DNA of 64,000 nt from positions 4,313 to 68,312 of IMG/VR virus record IMGVR_UViG_3300030118_002002. One strand, 5' to 3'. A model generated the notes under the pieces. The model worked only from the letters and a program-made list of their open reading frames with translations. It searched no databases and had not been told where the DNA came from. How positions within the stretch are numbered: the first letter of the stretch is position 1; each line of letters starts with the position of its first letter. Below are positions 38,569 through 48,254 of the stretch, piece by piece. A program made the translations under genes and the position numbers. This DNA comes from a virus (taxonomy: Duplodnaviria > Caudoviricetes).

Positions 38569-39482
38569 AAGTTATATCAGGAACTGCAATAGCAGACCAC
38601 TGTGACTATGACTTTGGTGATCAGGCAGGAGTCGTAGGTCAGGTGTTAAATGCATTCATGAAGGATGCTAACAGTGATAACATAGAGTTTATTACATTTG
38701 TAAACCAAAGTGATAAGGATGTCTTGACTCTATTCATAGATAATATTAGATTATATAATAGACAGATCAAATGCAATAACGATGCTGATCAACGTTGGGT
38801 AGATGGTCTACAGTCTAGAAACGATCTAATGAAGTTATGTGCTTCACTAGACAAAAAATTTATAGTCTTTTGTAACAATGAAGATACTCCTATCGACAGT
38901 GATATTGATATACCTCCTAACGTATTGGGGATCTATGGTGCTAATGCGATAGGGACTCATAAAAAATTACATCCATTCCCTTACGGGGTGGGAAGGAGGT
39001 TACATGTCCACGATAATAGACAAGATGTTCTCATCCATGCGATGGGAGACGATCCCAAACCTAGAAAACTTCTCTACATTAATCACTCTGAGCATACCAA
39101 CCTATCGGTTCGTGGAAACATCAGAGATATGTTTTCCAATAAGTCATTTGCAACTGTCGGAGAAAGAAAAGAATACAGATATTATCTAAAAGACATTCAG
39201 GATCATAAGTTTATGATATGTCCTGAAGGGAATGCTGTGGATTGCCATAGGAACTGGGAGGTTTTGTATATGAAACGAGTTCCTATCATGAAAAGAAACC
39301 CATACTTAGAGAGGTTATACGATAACTATCCTGTGTTATGGGTAAATGATTATGGTACCATAACAAAAACAATGTTAGCAGAGCATGATGATCTGTTTGT
39401 AGAAGCTAGAAATCTTGACGTAAATATGCTACACTTACACAGTATATTCAATAGGGCGGTAAACCGTGCTAAAAATACCTGA
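38565..39482 (+). CDS. exostosin/GT47-like glycosyltransferase
   Basis: KF.ICPEGN.VDCHR.WE.LY...VPI. Confidence 0.7.
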   Translation: MKVISGTAIADHCDYDFGDQAGVVGQVLNAFMKDANSDNIEFITFVNQSDKDVLTLFIDNIRLYNRQIKCNNDADQRWVDGLQSRNDLMKLCASLDKKFIVFCNNEDTPIDSDIDIPPNVLGIYGANAIGTHKKLHPFPYGVGRRLHVHDNRQDVLIHAMGDDPKPRKLLYINHSEHTNLSVRGNIRDMFSNKSFATVGERKEYRYYLKDIQDHKFMICPEGNAVDCHRNWEVLYMKRVPIMKRNPYLERLYDNYPVLWVNDYGTITKTMLAEHDDLFVEARNLDVNMLHLHSIFNRAVNRAKNT

Positions 39483-40131
39483 TGTCACACTGATAATACT
39501 GGCAGATTTAGACCTTCCAGATGCAGTGTATGCAATAAATAAATCATGCGAAAAGATTCAATGGGGTCGAGCAAAGTTTTTAGGCAGTAAAAAACCAGAA
39601 GGACTATGTGATCAGGTTGAGTATGAAGAAACCTATCCCATAGAAAGTATCAATGACTTTAATTTTTATTGTATTTACAATCTTACTAATCACGTCAGGA
39701 CCTCGCATTGCCTTCTCATACATCCGGACGGCTACGTTATTCGTCCTCATCTTTGGGACAATAAATTTCTTGAGTATGACTACATCGGTGCACCGTGGAG
39801 AGATGACCCAACAGCGTACCTTGACCCGTGGGGAAGGAACCAACGTGTCGGGAATGGAGGATTTTCCTTACGCTCCAAGCGTCTACTCGACGTCCCCACT
39901 AAAGTCACCGTCCCTTGGGAAGTAAATGTAGGTACTTTTTATAAGCATATGAATGCCGGTCTATATAATGAGGACGGGAACATATGCGTTCATAACAGGC
40001 ACATCTTCGAGCAACAAGGATGTGTGTATGCTCCCGTCGAGGTGGCGAGTAGGTTCTCTAGAGAAGAGATGCTACCAGACAGTGAACAAGAAACCTTTGG
40101 TTTCCATTATCATTTTCAAGAAATACGATGA
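39466..40131 (+). CDS. DUF5672 family (GT-A-like) protein
   Basis: DGYV, YDYIGAPW, VGNGGFSLRS, NED, FGFH. Confidence 0.8.
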   Translation: MLKIPDVTLIILADLDLPDAVYAINKSCEKIQWGRAKFLGSKKPEGLCDQVEYEETYPIESINDFNFYCIYNLTNHVRTSHCLLIHPDGYVIRPHLWDNKFLEYDYIGAPWRDDPTAYLDPWGRNQRVGNGGFSLRSKRLLDVPTKVTVPWEVNVGTFYKHMNAGLYNEDGNICVHNRHIFEQQGCVYAPVEVASRFSREEMLPDSEQETFGFHYHFQEIR

Positions 40132-40916
40132 CTACAAAATTCTATCCACTATGGTGGAATCCGTGGGGTGACAAAGGACTTGACTTCAAAAAGAATGTAA
40201 GTATCTCAATCGATAATTTAGATTGTGATGAGAGTGCAGACTATAAGATATTATTTTTAGCAGAACCATATTCTATTCTCCCTACTGTTACAGAGGGAGC
40301 ACTTCGTGGTGCAATGAAGTTCGATAAGATATACACATTTACACAGAAGATATTAGATCACTATCCACAGGCAGAACTATTTGAGTGGGGTAGTAGTTGG
40401 TTAGACTTCAAAGATTTGAAACTAAACAAGGGTAATAATGTGACCTTTGTAACCAGTGAGAAGTATCAGACACTAGGACACAAGTTACGTCTGGATATAT
40501 ACGAGTTACTCAAGAGTATTGATGTGTCTAATGGTCTACAATACTATGCACATAAGTCACCACCATTCCATGACAGAAGGAATGACTTCTTTGAGTCTGC
40601 TAAGTTCCACATCGCTGTAGAAAATTCCAGACAGAAGAACTACTTTACAGAAAAAGTAATAGATTGTTTTGCATCTAAGACTGTGCCAATATACTATGGA
40701 TGTCCTAACATCAATGAGTGGTTCAACATGGATGGTATAATAACATTCAATACAATAGATGAACTAGAGAATATATTATCAAATCTTGATGCCAAGAAAT
40801 ATGATGTCAGATTAGACGCTGTTCAAGATAACTATGAGAGGGCAAAGAAATTTCATAGCGACAATGATGTCGTGCCTAGACTCACTGATAGGATAGTCAA
40901 AGAGGTAAATGGATGA
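40128..40916 (+). CDS. GT10 (fucosyltransferase)-like protein
   Basis: F.IAVEN....YFTEK..DCF...TVPIYYG. Confidence 0.8.
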   Translation: MTTKFYPLWWNPWGDKGLDFKKNVSISIDNLDCDESADYKILFLAEPYSILPTVTEGALRGAMKFDKIYTFTQKILDHYPQAELFEWGSSWLDFKDLKLNKGNNVTFVTSEKYQTLGHKLRLDIYELLKSIDVSNGLQYYAHKSPPFHDRRNDFFESAKFHIAVENSRQKNYFTEKVIDCFASKTVPIYYGCPNINEWFNMDGIITFNTIDELENILSNLDAKKYDVRLDAVQDNYERAKKFHSDNDVVPRLTDRIVKEVNG

Positions 40917-41599
40917 CGGTCAGTTATTGTATACCGACCCATGATAGCAATCCAAAATGTCAATCCTACTTGTTTGATATTTTCTATGCTCTGTCAGAAC
41001 AAACTGACAAGGACTTCAACGTGTGGATTTCCGATCATGGAAAGACAGATAAAGTTCTAAACGCTTGTAAAGAATACTCTGATCTATTTCACATAAACTA
41101 TGTTAGAAATAAGACTAATTACGGGAACATTTCTGCTAACACTAATCATGCTCTTCGTCACGCAGATGGTGACATACTAAAGGTTCTCTTCTCTGATGAT
41201 TTTATACTAACAAAAACCCTCACAGAAGATTTACATAAGGCATTCAAATTAGATGTTGACTGGGCGGTTACAGGGTTTGCTCACACCCTAGATAATGGAC
41301 AGACACATTACAATCCAAAGGTGCCTGTCTGGAATGACCGTTTATTAGAAGGGGTAAATACTCTTAGTTCACCATCTATTCTCGCACTGAGAAAAGGTAT
41401 TGAAGAGTATTTTGATGAGGAACTTGTTATGTTGATGGACTGTGACATGTACTATAGATTGTACAGAGATCATGGACAACCAGCAGTGATAAAAACTTAT
41501 CACATCTCTAATAGAGAACACCCCAATCAAACACAAAGACAATACGAAGATCTCTTACCAAAAGAGATTGAATACTTGAAAGAAAAACATTCATCATGA
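40913..41599 (+). CDS. GT2 family glycosyltransferase
   Basis: CIPT, ISD, N.N.A, FSDD, D.D.YYR. Confidence 0.85.
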   Translation: MTVSYCIPTHDSNPKCQSYLFDIFYALSEQTDKDFNVWISDHGKTDKVLNACKEYSDLFHINYVRNKTNYGNISANTNHALRHADGDILKVLFSDDFILTKTLTEDLHKAFKLDVDWAVTGFAHTLDNGQTHYNPKVPVWNDRLLEGVNTLSSPSILALRKGIEEYFDEELVMLMDCDMYYRLYRDHGQPAVIKTYHISNREHPNQTQRQYEDLLPKEIEYLKEKHSS

Positions 41600-42384
41600 C
41601 TATAGGATTCAACCATTTAGGAAGACATGGCAGACTGGGTAATCAAATGTTCCAGTATGCAGGACTACGAGGCATAGCAGCACATCGTGGTTTTGATTTT
41701 ATGATTCCAGATAGTGACTTCAAAGACGAGTGGACAGACCATCAACTCTTTGAGGCATTCAAACTAAAAGGTTTGACTAACATAGGAATGTGTCCTGGCA
41801 CCTACGTAGGAGAAGCACACTTCCATTATGATGCAAACTTGTTCAACAATATGCCTGACAATCATAATGTATATGCATACTTACAGAGTACAAAATACTT
41901 TGATCATATAGAAGATGAAATACGTGAGGACTTTGAGTTCAAGAATGAGATCAGAGTACCATGTGAAGATATGATTGCAACAGTGAGTGATCCTATTGCA
42001 TTACACGTTCGTAGAGGTGACTATATACAGAACTGTGATAATCATCCACCATGTCCAAAAGAATATTATGATGCTGCCCTATCAAAGTTTGATGCTAAAC
42101 GCAATGTTATTATTTTTTCTGATGATCCTGAATGGTGTGGCACTGAGTTCCCTGACGATAGGTTCCTTATCTCAGAAGGTGGAGACAATCTTGCAGATCT
42201 GTGCATGATGAGTCTGTGTTCTGATTTTATTATCGCTAACTCATCATTCAGTTGGTGGGGGTCATGGTTGAGTAAGAATCCTAACAAAAGGATAATAGCA
42301 CCTGACAAATGGTTCGGAATAGGGTATACTAAGAACCATATAACATCTGATCTGTACTGTAGCAATTGGGAGGTATTAAAGTAA
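41596..42384 (+). CDS. GT11 alpha-1,2-fucosyltransferase-like protein
   Basis: GRLGNQMFQYA, HVRRGDY, FSDD, IIANSSFSWW. Confidence 0.92.
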   Translation: MTIGFNHLGRHGRLGNQMFQYAGLRGIAAHRGFDFMIPDSDFKDEWTDHQLFEAFKLKGLTNIGMCPGTYVGEAHFHYDANLFNNMPDNHNVYAYLQSTKYFDHIEDEIREDFEFKNEIRVPCEDMIATVSDPIALHVRRGDYIQNCDNHPPCPKEYYDAALSKFDAKRNVIIFSDDPEWCGTEFPDDRFLISEGGDNLADLCMMSLCSDFIIANSSFSWWGSWLSKNPNKRIIAPDKWFGIGYTKNHITSDLYCSNWEVLK

Positions 42385-43292
42385 TGGCAGATAAAATCGT
42401 ACAAGAGGGAGTAGAGATTCCTGATCTTGGTATGTACGAAGACCTACAAATTCAACCTATAAATTCGTGGGATCTAACAAGCACTACATTTATCATACCT
42501 CTTAGGTGTGAGACAGCAGATAGAATTAGAAATATAACTACCTCATTGGTATATCTTCTAAAGAATTTTGACACTCAAATAATAATAAAAGAACATGATA
42601 AGGAATCTGTATTCCTAAAGCAAGTTGTTCCTATGCTTGATGAGGTAGTACCTCCTATCAAGATGCATAATATACACCACATATTTGAGGAGACAGATGA
42701 AGTAATATTCCATCGCACCAAACTACTCAATGATATGTTGGAGTTGGTTGAGACACCTGTTGTATGTAACTATGATGCAGATATACTACTCCCACTAAAC
42801 AGTTACATACTCGCACAAAATACTATACTCAAAGGTTACAATGGTGAAGATATAAAATGTGTATACCCTTATGGAATAGGTGAGTTCCAATACCAGTTGT
42901 TTATCAATGATGAAGATGTTACTCGTTTCATAAATTCTAATTTCAACTTCGGAGCGTTCCAAGGAAAAGCAAACTTATATGATGCCAAGTTTGGTTTCTG
43001 TCAATTCTTTGACACGGAAGAATACCGTAGACTAGGTGCAGAAAACGAAGGGTTCATAGCGTATGGTTATGAAGATGACGAACGTTATCATAGATTCAAT
43101 ACCTGTTCTAAAGTATTGAGATTGAATGACCATGTGTTCCACATGGAGCATGGTAGGACACCTAATTCATGGTTCAATAATCCACACATAGAAAGTAACA
43201 GGGAACTGTGGCAGAAGTTGAGTAAGATGACTCGCAAACAACTTGAAGAATATTATGCTAACCCTGATTACTTAAATGCCCGACAGAAATAA
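42384..43292 (+). CDS. GT2/GT7-like glycosyltransferase
   Basis: FIIP, NYDAD, ENEGF..YGYEDDE, H.EH. Confidence 0.8.
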   Translation: MADKIVQEGVEIPDLGMYEDLQIQPINSWDLTSTTFIIPLRCETADRIRNITTSLVYLLKNFDTQIIIKEHDKESVFLKQVVPMLDEVVPPIKMHNIHHIFEETDEVIFHRTKLLNDMLELVETPVVCNYDADILLPLNSYILAQNTILKGYNGEDIKCVYPYGIGEFQYQLFINDEDVTRFINSNFNFGAFQGKANLYDAKFGFCQFFDTEEYRRLGAENEGFIAYGYEDDERYHRFNTCSKVLRLNDHVFHMEHGRTPNSWFNNPHIESNRELWQKLSKMTRKQLEEYYANPDYLNARQK

Positions 43293-44076
43293 ATCGATAA
43301 AAAAATTAGATGGTTTTCCTAAAGTGTTGTGGATCAATCTTGATCGCTGCACAGAGAGAAGGAAGTATATGGAAGATCATCTATCCTATTGGGGAATAAA
43401 AGATCATCATCGTATCTCAGGTATAGATGGTGAGGAGTTTGAAGAGTACCTAAAAGGAACAGTTCCTGATCAAATGAATACGGGTGAGTGTGCTTGTGTT
43501 ATGTCACACTTAAGTGCCCTCAAATATTTTGTAGAAGAGACAGACTTAGATGAGGTTATCATCATGGAAGATGATGCAGATTTATCTACTGCATCTAGTT
43601 GGACTTTCAATTGGAAAGAAGTACGTAAGAGACTGCCCATAAACTTTGATTGTCTTCAACTTACTATTATAAATCCTAATGGTATAACTTTAAAACTACA
43701 TCATAGGTTTATCAATGACTTTTCTGCTGCTTGCTACCTTATTACTCGTCATCATGCAACTAAGTGCATCCGTCTACACCAAAGAGGAACGCAGTGGAAG
43801 ATCGATCAAAACATCAGACCAAGAGCAGTCTCCGAAGACCTAATATTAGATAGTGGTAAGACATATGCTACACCCTTGTTCAATTACAGGATGGACTTGG
43901 GTTCTAATATACATGAAGAACACCTTGACATTTTTCACAAAGGAAGCAATAATGCATTAAAGGAGTTCTGGGAATACCAAGCAGTGGATCATACCATTGA
44001 TCAAATCATGGAACTTGATGAGTACGTTGGTAGAGTTCCGCCATCAGTATACCTAAATCAATTGAAAGAACAATGA
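43276..44076 (+). CDS. GT25 family glycosyltransferase
   Basis: INLDR..ERR, GE.AC..SH, IMEDD. Confidence 0.85.
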   Translation: MPDRNKSIKKLDGFPKVLWINLDRCTERRKYMEDHLSYWGIKDHHRISGIDGEEFEEYLKGTVPDQMNTGECACVMSHLSALKYFVEETDLDEVIIMEDDADLSTASSWTFNWKEVRKRLPINFDCLQLTIINPNGITLKLHHRFINDFSAACYLITRHHATKCIRLHQRGTQWKIDQNIRPRAVSEDLILDSGKTYATPLFNYRMDLGSNIHEEHLDIFHKGSNNALKEFWEYQAVDHTIDQIMELDEYVGRVPPSVYLNQLKEQ

Positions 44077-44837
44077 ACACATCTATTACACCACTTGAGA
44101 GTGACGAGTACGATCCTATTGTCAAGGTGCCACAACCAGTATTCACAGAGATGAAAGACTATGGTGCCATAGGAGTCTTTGATAACTTTGTCAAACCAGA
44201 ATTTTGTGACTCACTCATAGATCTTTTTGAGTTCTGGTACACTAAAAAGTATTTCAAGAACATACCATCAACGCATGATGTGACTAAGATAGGTGACGAT
44301 ACATTTACGTTAGATCATTTCAATGATGGTAAGACTCAATTTCCACAGGGTGGTATGGGTAGAAAAGATCATCAACTATACCTAGAGATATGTGATCAGA
44401 CTATGACTATGCAAGTCAACCAGTCTGTGGGTATGGCATTTGAAATGTATGTAAAGAAGTACTCAGGTTTAGTAGATGCATCTGACCCTGTATCATCATG
44501 GACATGTAAGTTACAACGAACAGATCCTGGTGGTGGGTATCATGTATGGCATTGTGAGAATGGTAATTTCTTATACAGAGATAGAGTCCTAACATGGATG
44601 ATATATCTAAATGATATTCCTTTAGAGAATGGTGGAGCAACAGATTTCTATCATCAAGAGATATCTTTCCAACCAAAGAAAGGTACAGTAGTATTGTGGC
44701 CAGCAGCATATACTCACATGCATCGTGGTGCATTTCTAACAGGTGAAATGTCAAAATATATTGCAACAGGTTGGTTCATAAGAGAACCTGGTAACGTAAC
44801 AGAAAAGACACTGAGTCAAGCAGCACAGCAAAAATGA
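44073..44837 (+). CDS. 2OG-Fe(II) oxygenase (prolyl-4-hydroxylase-like)
   Basis: GYHVWHCE, IYLND, GG.T.F, WPA..TH.HRG, KYIATGW. Confidence 0.88.
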   Translation: MNTSITPLESDEYDPIVKVPQPVFTEMKDYGAIGVFDNFVKPEFCDSLIDLFEFWYTKKYFKNIPSTHDVTKIGDDTFTLDHFNDGKTQFPQGGMGRKDHQLYLEICDQTMTMQVNQSVGMAFEMYVKKYSGLVDASDPVSSWTCKLQRTDPGGGYHVWHCENGNFLYRDRVLTWMIYLNDIPLENGGATDFYHQEISFQPKKGTVVLWPAAYTHMHRGAFLTGEMSKYIATGWFIREPGNVTEKTLSQAAQQK

Positions 44838-46414
44838 TATTCTATACGTGCATTACGAACGGTTATGATACCGTTCCTGACGTATATTATGATAAAGATT
44901 GTCAGTATATTTGTTTCCATGATGGATCCATAGAGACTACTAAACCACTATGGAAATATATCAAGATAGATGTAGAAGAAGAGTGTCCAGTTAGAAGATC
45001 ATATCATCCTAAACATTGCCCTCATTTATATTTTGATGAGGGTGAGTATGTTGTATGGGTTGACGCTGCATATAATATCACACAAGAACTTGTAGAGTTC
45101 TCTAAAAAATATGAAGGTGACTTTATGTTACCAACACATCCTGATAAGAGATCATTGACTGCTGAGTTTAATAAACTACATGCTTATGGATTCTCTACCA
45201 AAGATGAGATCATAGACATGGCACGTCTCATGCAGAGTAGAGGATATGATCCTAAAGACTACGATCAAACTATAAACTGTGTGATATGGAGGAGACTTAC
45301 ACCAGAGGTTATTGAATGGGGTAAGGTATGGAGAGAATGGTATATGGGTGGAGTGAATAGAGATCAAGTCTCTAGTTCAATGGCAGAGTATCTTGTAGTC
45401 AAGGCAGATAGAAACCCTACACCCATGGTGGATCTATCAAAACCAAATAGAATCAAACCATACAATCATTCATTTTGTATAGACAAACCAACTAATAGAT
45501 CTATTGTAGACTTACAGACAGAGTTGAATGAGATTTTCAACTTCAAAGATATAGCAAGTATCATGATAAAATCTACAACAGATTCATTACCGTTTGAATT
45601 TGGATCTGATATTGATACACAACTAATAGTATTCACATGTATTACTAATAACTATGATGTATTCCCTAAGGAATCATACTACGATCCTAATGTAAAGTAT
45701 GTCTGCTTCCATGATGGCACTATTGATACTACAGTAAAACCATGGATATATGTTGAATTAGATTTAGATATAGAAGATCCAAGAGACTTTGCATTCTATG
45801 TCAAAGCAAATGCACATGAGTTCTTTCCAGAAAATTCTTACACAGTATGGATTGATGGATGTTTTGTATTGACTGAAGATTTCATTACCAATAGTATGAA
45901 ATCATTTCCATTCTCTACACTAAAACATGGAGGTAAATTCTCTTTACTTGATGAGATTATAGAAGGATATACATGTGCATTCTTCTCAGAGGAAACTCTC
46001 ATGAATTTTATAAATGATTTGAATACTAATGGATATAATTTTAATTACTATTCCAGTCCACAATGCACAATAGTGTGGAGAAAATTGACGGAAGATATAA
46101 AAACATTCAATGAGAGGTGGTACATGTGGGGTAATAAAAAATACAATCGTGACAACATACCATTTGATGCTGCCATACAGGACACTGGAATAGAACCACT
46201 CTTCTATGGTGATAGAAATCGATCTGGTATCAAATTAGGATTCTTCAATAAGATAGGAAGGAGAGGTAAACATCCACAACATGGTGACAAGAAACAATAC
46301 CTTAGACTACAAGAATTATTGTTAAAGTTATACAAGATTACTGGACTGAACTATAAAATACATGCTAGGTATAAACACCATGATTTTTACATGAAATATT
46401 TTAATATTATATGA
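44834..46414 (+). CDS. tandem two-domain DUF616 (TOD1/MUCI70 glycosyltransferase-like) protein
   Basis: YTCITNGYD...YICFHD...VWVD...RDQ occurs twice (second copy FTCITNNYD...VWIDG...RDN). Confidence 0.75.
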   Translation: MIFYTCITNGYDTVPDVYYDKDCQYICFHDGSIETTKPLWKYIKIDVEEECPVRRSYHPKHCPHLYFDEGEYVVWVDAAYNITQELVEFSKKYEGDFMLPTHPDKRSLTAEFNKLHAYGFSTKDEIIDMARLMQSRGYDPKDYDQTINCVIWRRLTPEVIEWGKVWREWYMGGVNRDQVSSSMAEYLVVKADRNPTPMVDLSKPNRIKPYNHSFCIDKPTNRSIVDLQTELNEIFNFKDIASIMIKSTTDSLPFEFGSDIDTQLIVFTCITNNYDVFPKESYYDPNVKYVCFHDGTIDTTVKPWIYVELDLDIEDPRDFAFYVKANAHEFFPENSYTVWIDGCFVLTEDFITNSMKSFPFSTLKHGGKFSLLDEIIEGYTCAFFSEETLMNFINDLNTNGYNFNYYSSPQCTIVWRKLTEDIKTFNERWYMWGNKKYNRDNIPFDAAIQDTGIEPLFYGDRNRSGIKLGFFNKIGRRGKHPQHGDKKQYLRLQELLLKLYKITGLNYKIHARYKHHDFYMKYFNII

Positions 46415-47244
46415 AATATTATACTGCGATTACTAATTCTTATTTTCAATTACCACCCAATAAAAGTGGTGAGCATTTTATATGTTATCACGATGGCACT
46501 GTAGAAGAGCAAGAAGGTTGGGAACTAAGATACATTCCATATCAACATGATGATCCAGTAAGACTATCACGTTATCCAAAAATTTTATGTCCCATAGATG
46601 GCAAGAGTGTTTACATTGACGCATCTAAATTACATACAATAAATGATAAATTTTTTGAAGTGAGTGAGTACATACTCAATAAACATAATTTTTTTCTCAT
46701 GCAACATCCTCACAAGTATTCATACTTAGAAGAATGTGCTGAGTATATTCATAGAGGTTTTGTAAATTCATTTGAGATAATAAATTTTACGAAGGAGGTG
46801 AAGCAAGAGACTGAGTTTGATTTTTCTAAATTCTTTTCACCGTTAGGCACAGTTCTATGGAGAAACTCTACTCATTGGTTGCCTAACATGTTATGGTGGA
46901 AGTGGTATATGAGATGTGGAAGAAGGGATCAAGTATCTTTATCAGTAGCATTACAAACATCAGGAGTTGAATATGGGTGGGCACCTTGTAGAACTCATGT
47001 TGATAAATGGTCTGATGCAAACCCTACAGATGGTGTATGGTGGAAGAATATAGGTGGTAGATATGGTGGAAAAGTTATTGACCCTACTGATACTGTGGAA
47101 AAATTATCAAAGATAACTAATCTTAGTATGAAGATGAGATACCGTGCTGCTATTATCAAAGAGACTGGACAATGGTTGTTTGGTGATAGGTCAGGTTATT
47201 GGAAAAGAAATGATCCTAAGTTGAAGGTGGTAAATGGATTCTAG
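46411..47244 (+). CDS. DUF616-like protein
   Basis: YTAITN, SRYPKI, YIDAS, HP, RDQVS. Confidence 0.7.
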   Translation: MKYYTAITNSYFQLPPNKSGEHFICYHDGTVEEQEGWELRYIPYQHDDPVRLSRYPKILCPIDGKSVYIDASKLHTINDKFFEVSEYILNKHNFFLMQHPHKYSYLEECAEYIHRGFVNSFEIINFTKEVKQETEFDFSKFFSPLGTVLWRNSTHWLPNMLWWKWYMRCGRRDQVSLSVALQTSGVEYGWAPCRTHVDKWSDANPTDGVWWKNIGGRYGGKVIDPTDTVEKLSKITNLSMKMRYRAAIIKETGQWLFGDRSGYWKRNDPKLKVVNGF

Positions 47245-48118
47245 GATAGTAATATACAGTTGCATAACGAATGGGTATGATGAGATACCTGATGAGCATT
47301 ACTATGATCCTGATATCAAGTATGTTATGTTCACTGACAATACTGTAAAGAGGAAAGGACCTTGGGAGTTTAGAGAGATACCATGTGATCACCCATGTCA
47401 TAGGAGAAGGTCAGCATATGTTAAGATCAATCCTCATAAAGTATTTCCTTATGGTACTAAGACTGTATGGTTAGATGGTTGCTATGTAATGACACCTGAG
47501 TATGTCAAAAAGTGTAAGGAATATCTGAGTGAGCATAGGTTCACTATCATGAGACACTGTGAAAAATTCAATTACTATGAGGAGATACTAGAAAGTTTCC
47601 TACCATCTATGTGCACCTTTGATGAGGCGATAGAGATATCAAAAACTATAAAAGACGTAGGATATAATTTCAAAGAGTATTGCAGTCCCGTATTGGCATC
47701 TATATGGAGAGTATTAGATCAAGACATGTATAATTTTGGTGATTTGTGGTGGAAGTATTCATTGATTGGCACTAATAGAGATCAGATATCATTCGACACA
47801 GCAAGACAGTTGAATCAGACTGAACTGAATATTATTGAGGATGGATGGATAAGAAAGGAATTCTACATTGATGAAAATAATATGAAAAGAACCAATCATT
47901 ATCCTGGTTCATGTGGAATACTATTTGGTAGTAAAGGAAAGAAGTATAGAAAGAAACTTCATCCACAGAATGGACATAGACAACAATGGAGACAGAAGAA
48001 GGAGTTACTCAATGCCTTACGCCCTATAACTGGGTTGCATCCAATCATTGCTCGCTTCAACTTCAATGAGTTTGTGGATAGAAATGTACTTCAACCCAAA
48101 TTACCAATACAGAGTTGA
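47234..48118 (+). CDS. DUF616-like protein
   Basis: YSCITNGYD, FTD, KINPH, WLDG, RDQISF. Confidence 0.78.
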   Translation: MDSRIVIYSCITNGYDEIPDEHYYDPDIKYVMFTDNTVKRKGPWEFREIPCDHPCHRRRSAYVKINPHKVFPYGTKTVWLDGCYVMTPEYVKKCKEYLSEHRFTIMRHCEKFNYYEEILESFLPSMCTFDEAIEISKTIKDVGYNFKEYCSPVLASIWRVLDQDMYNFGDLWWKYSLIGTNRDQISFDTARQLNQTELNIIEDGWIRKEFYIDENNMKRTNHYPGSCGILFGSKGKKYRKKLHPQNGHRQQWRQKKELLNALRPITGLHPIIARFNFNEFVDRNVLQPKLPIQS

Positions 48119-48148
48119 CATACCCGTAACATTTTGTTATAATAAATA
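48115..48148 (+). promoter_or_regulatory. psbA promoter: consensus sigma70 overlapping a late-type motif
   Basis: TTGACA-N17-TATAAT, immediately overlapped by AATAAATA. Confidence 0.8.
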
Positions 48149-48152
48149 ACAC

Positions 48153-48225
48153 AGGTGATGATTTCCTCACCATCTTGCTCCCCTCAAACCAAGACCTATA
48201 GGGAGAATAAATCAAGTCTTTTTAT
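48153..48225 (+). ncRNA. structured psbA 5' leader (PhotoRC-II-like motif)
   Basis: GGTGA/TCACC hairpin; CTCCC/GGGAG stem whose loop AAGAC can pair with downstream GTCTT (pseudoknot); family name from recall only. Confidence 0.5.
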
Positions 48226-48254
48226 ACCCTTCATATACCCGCACTCATTTTCAA

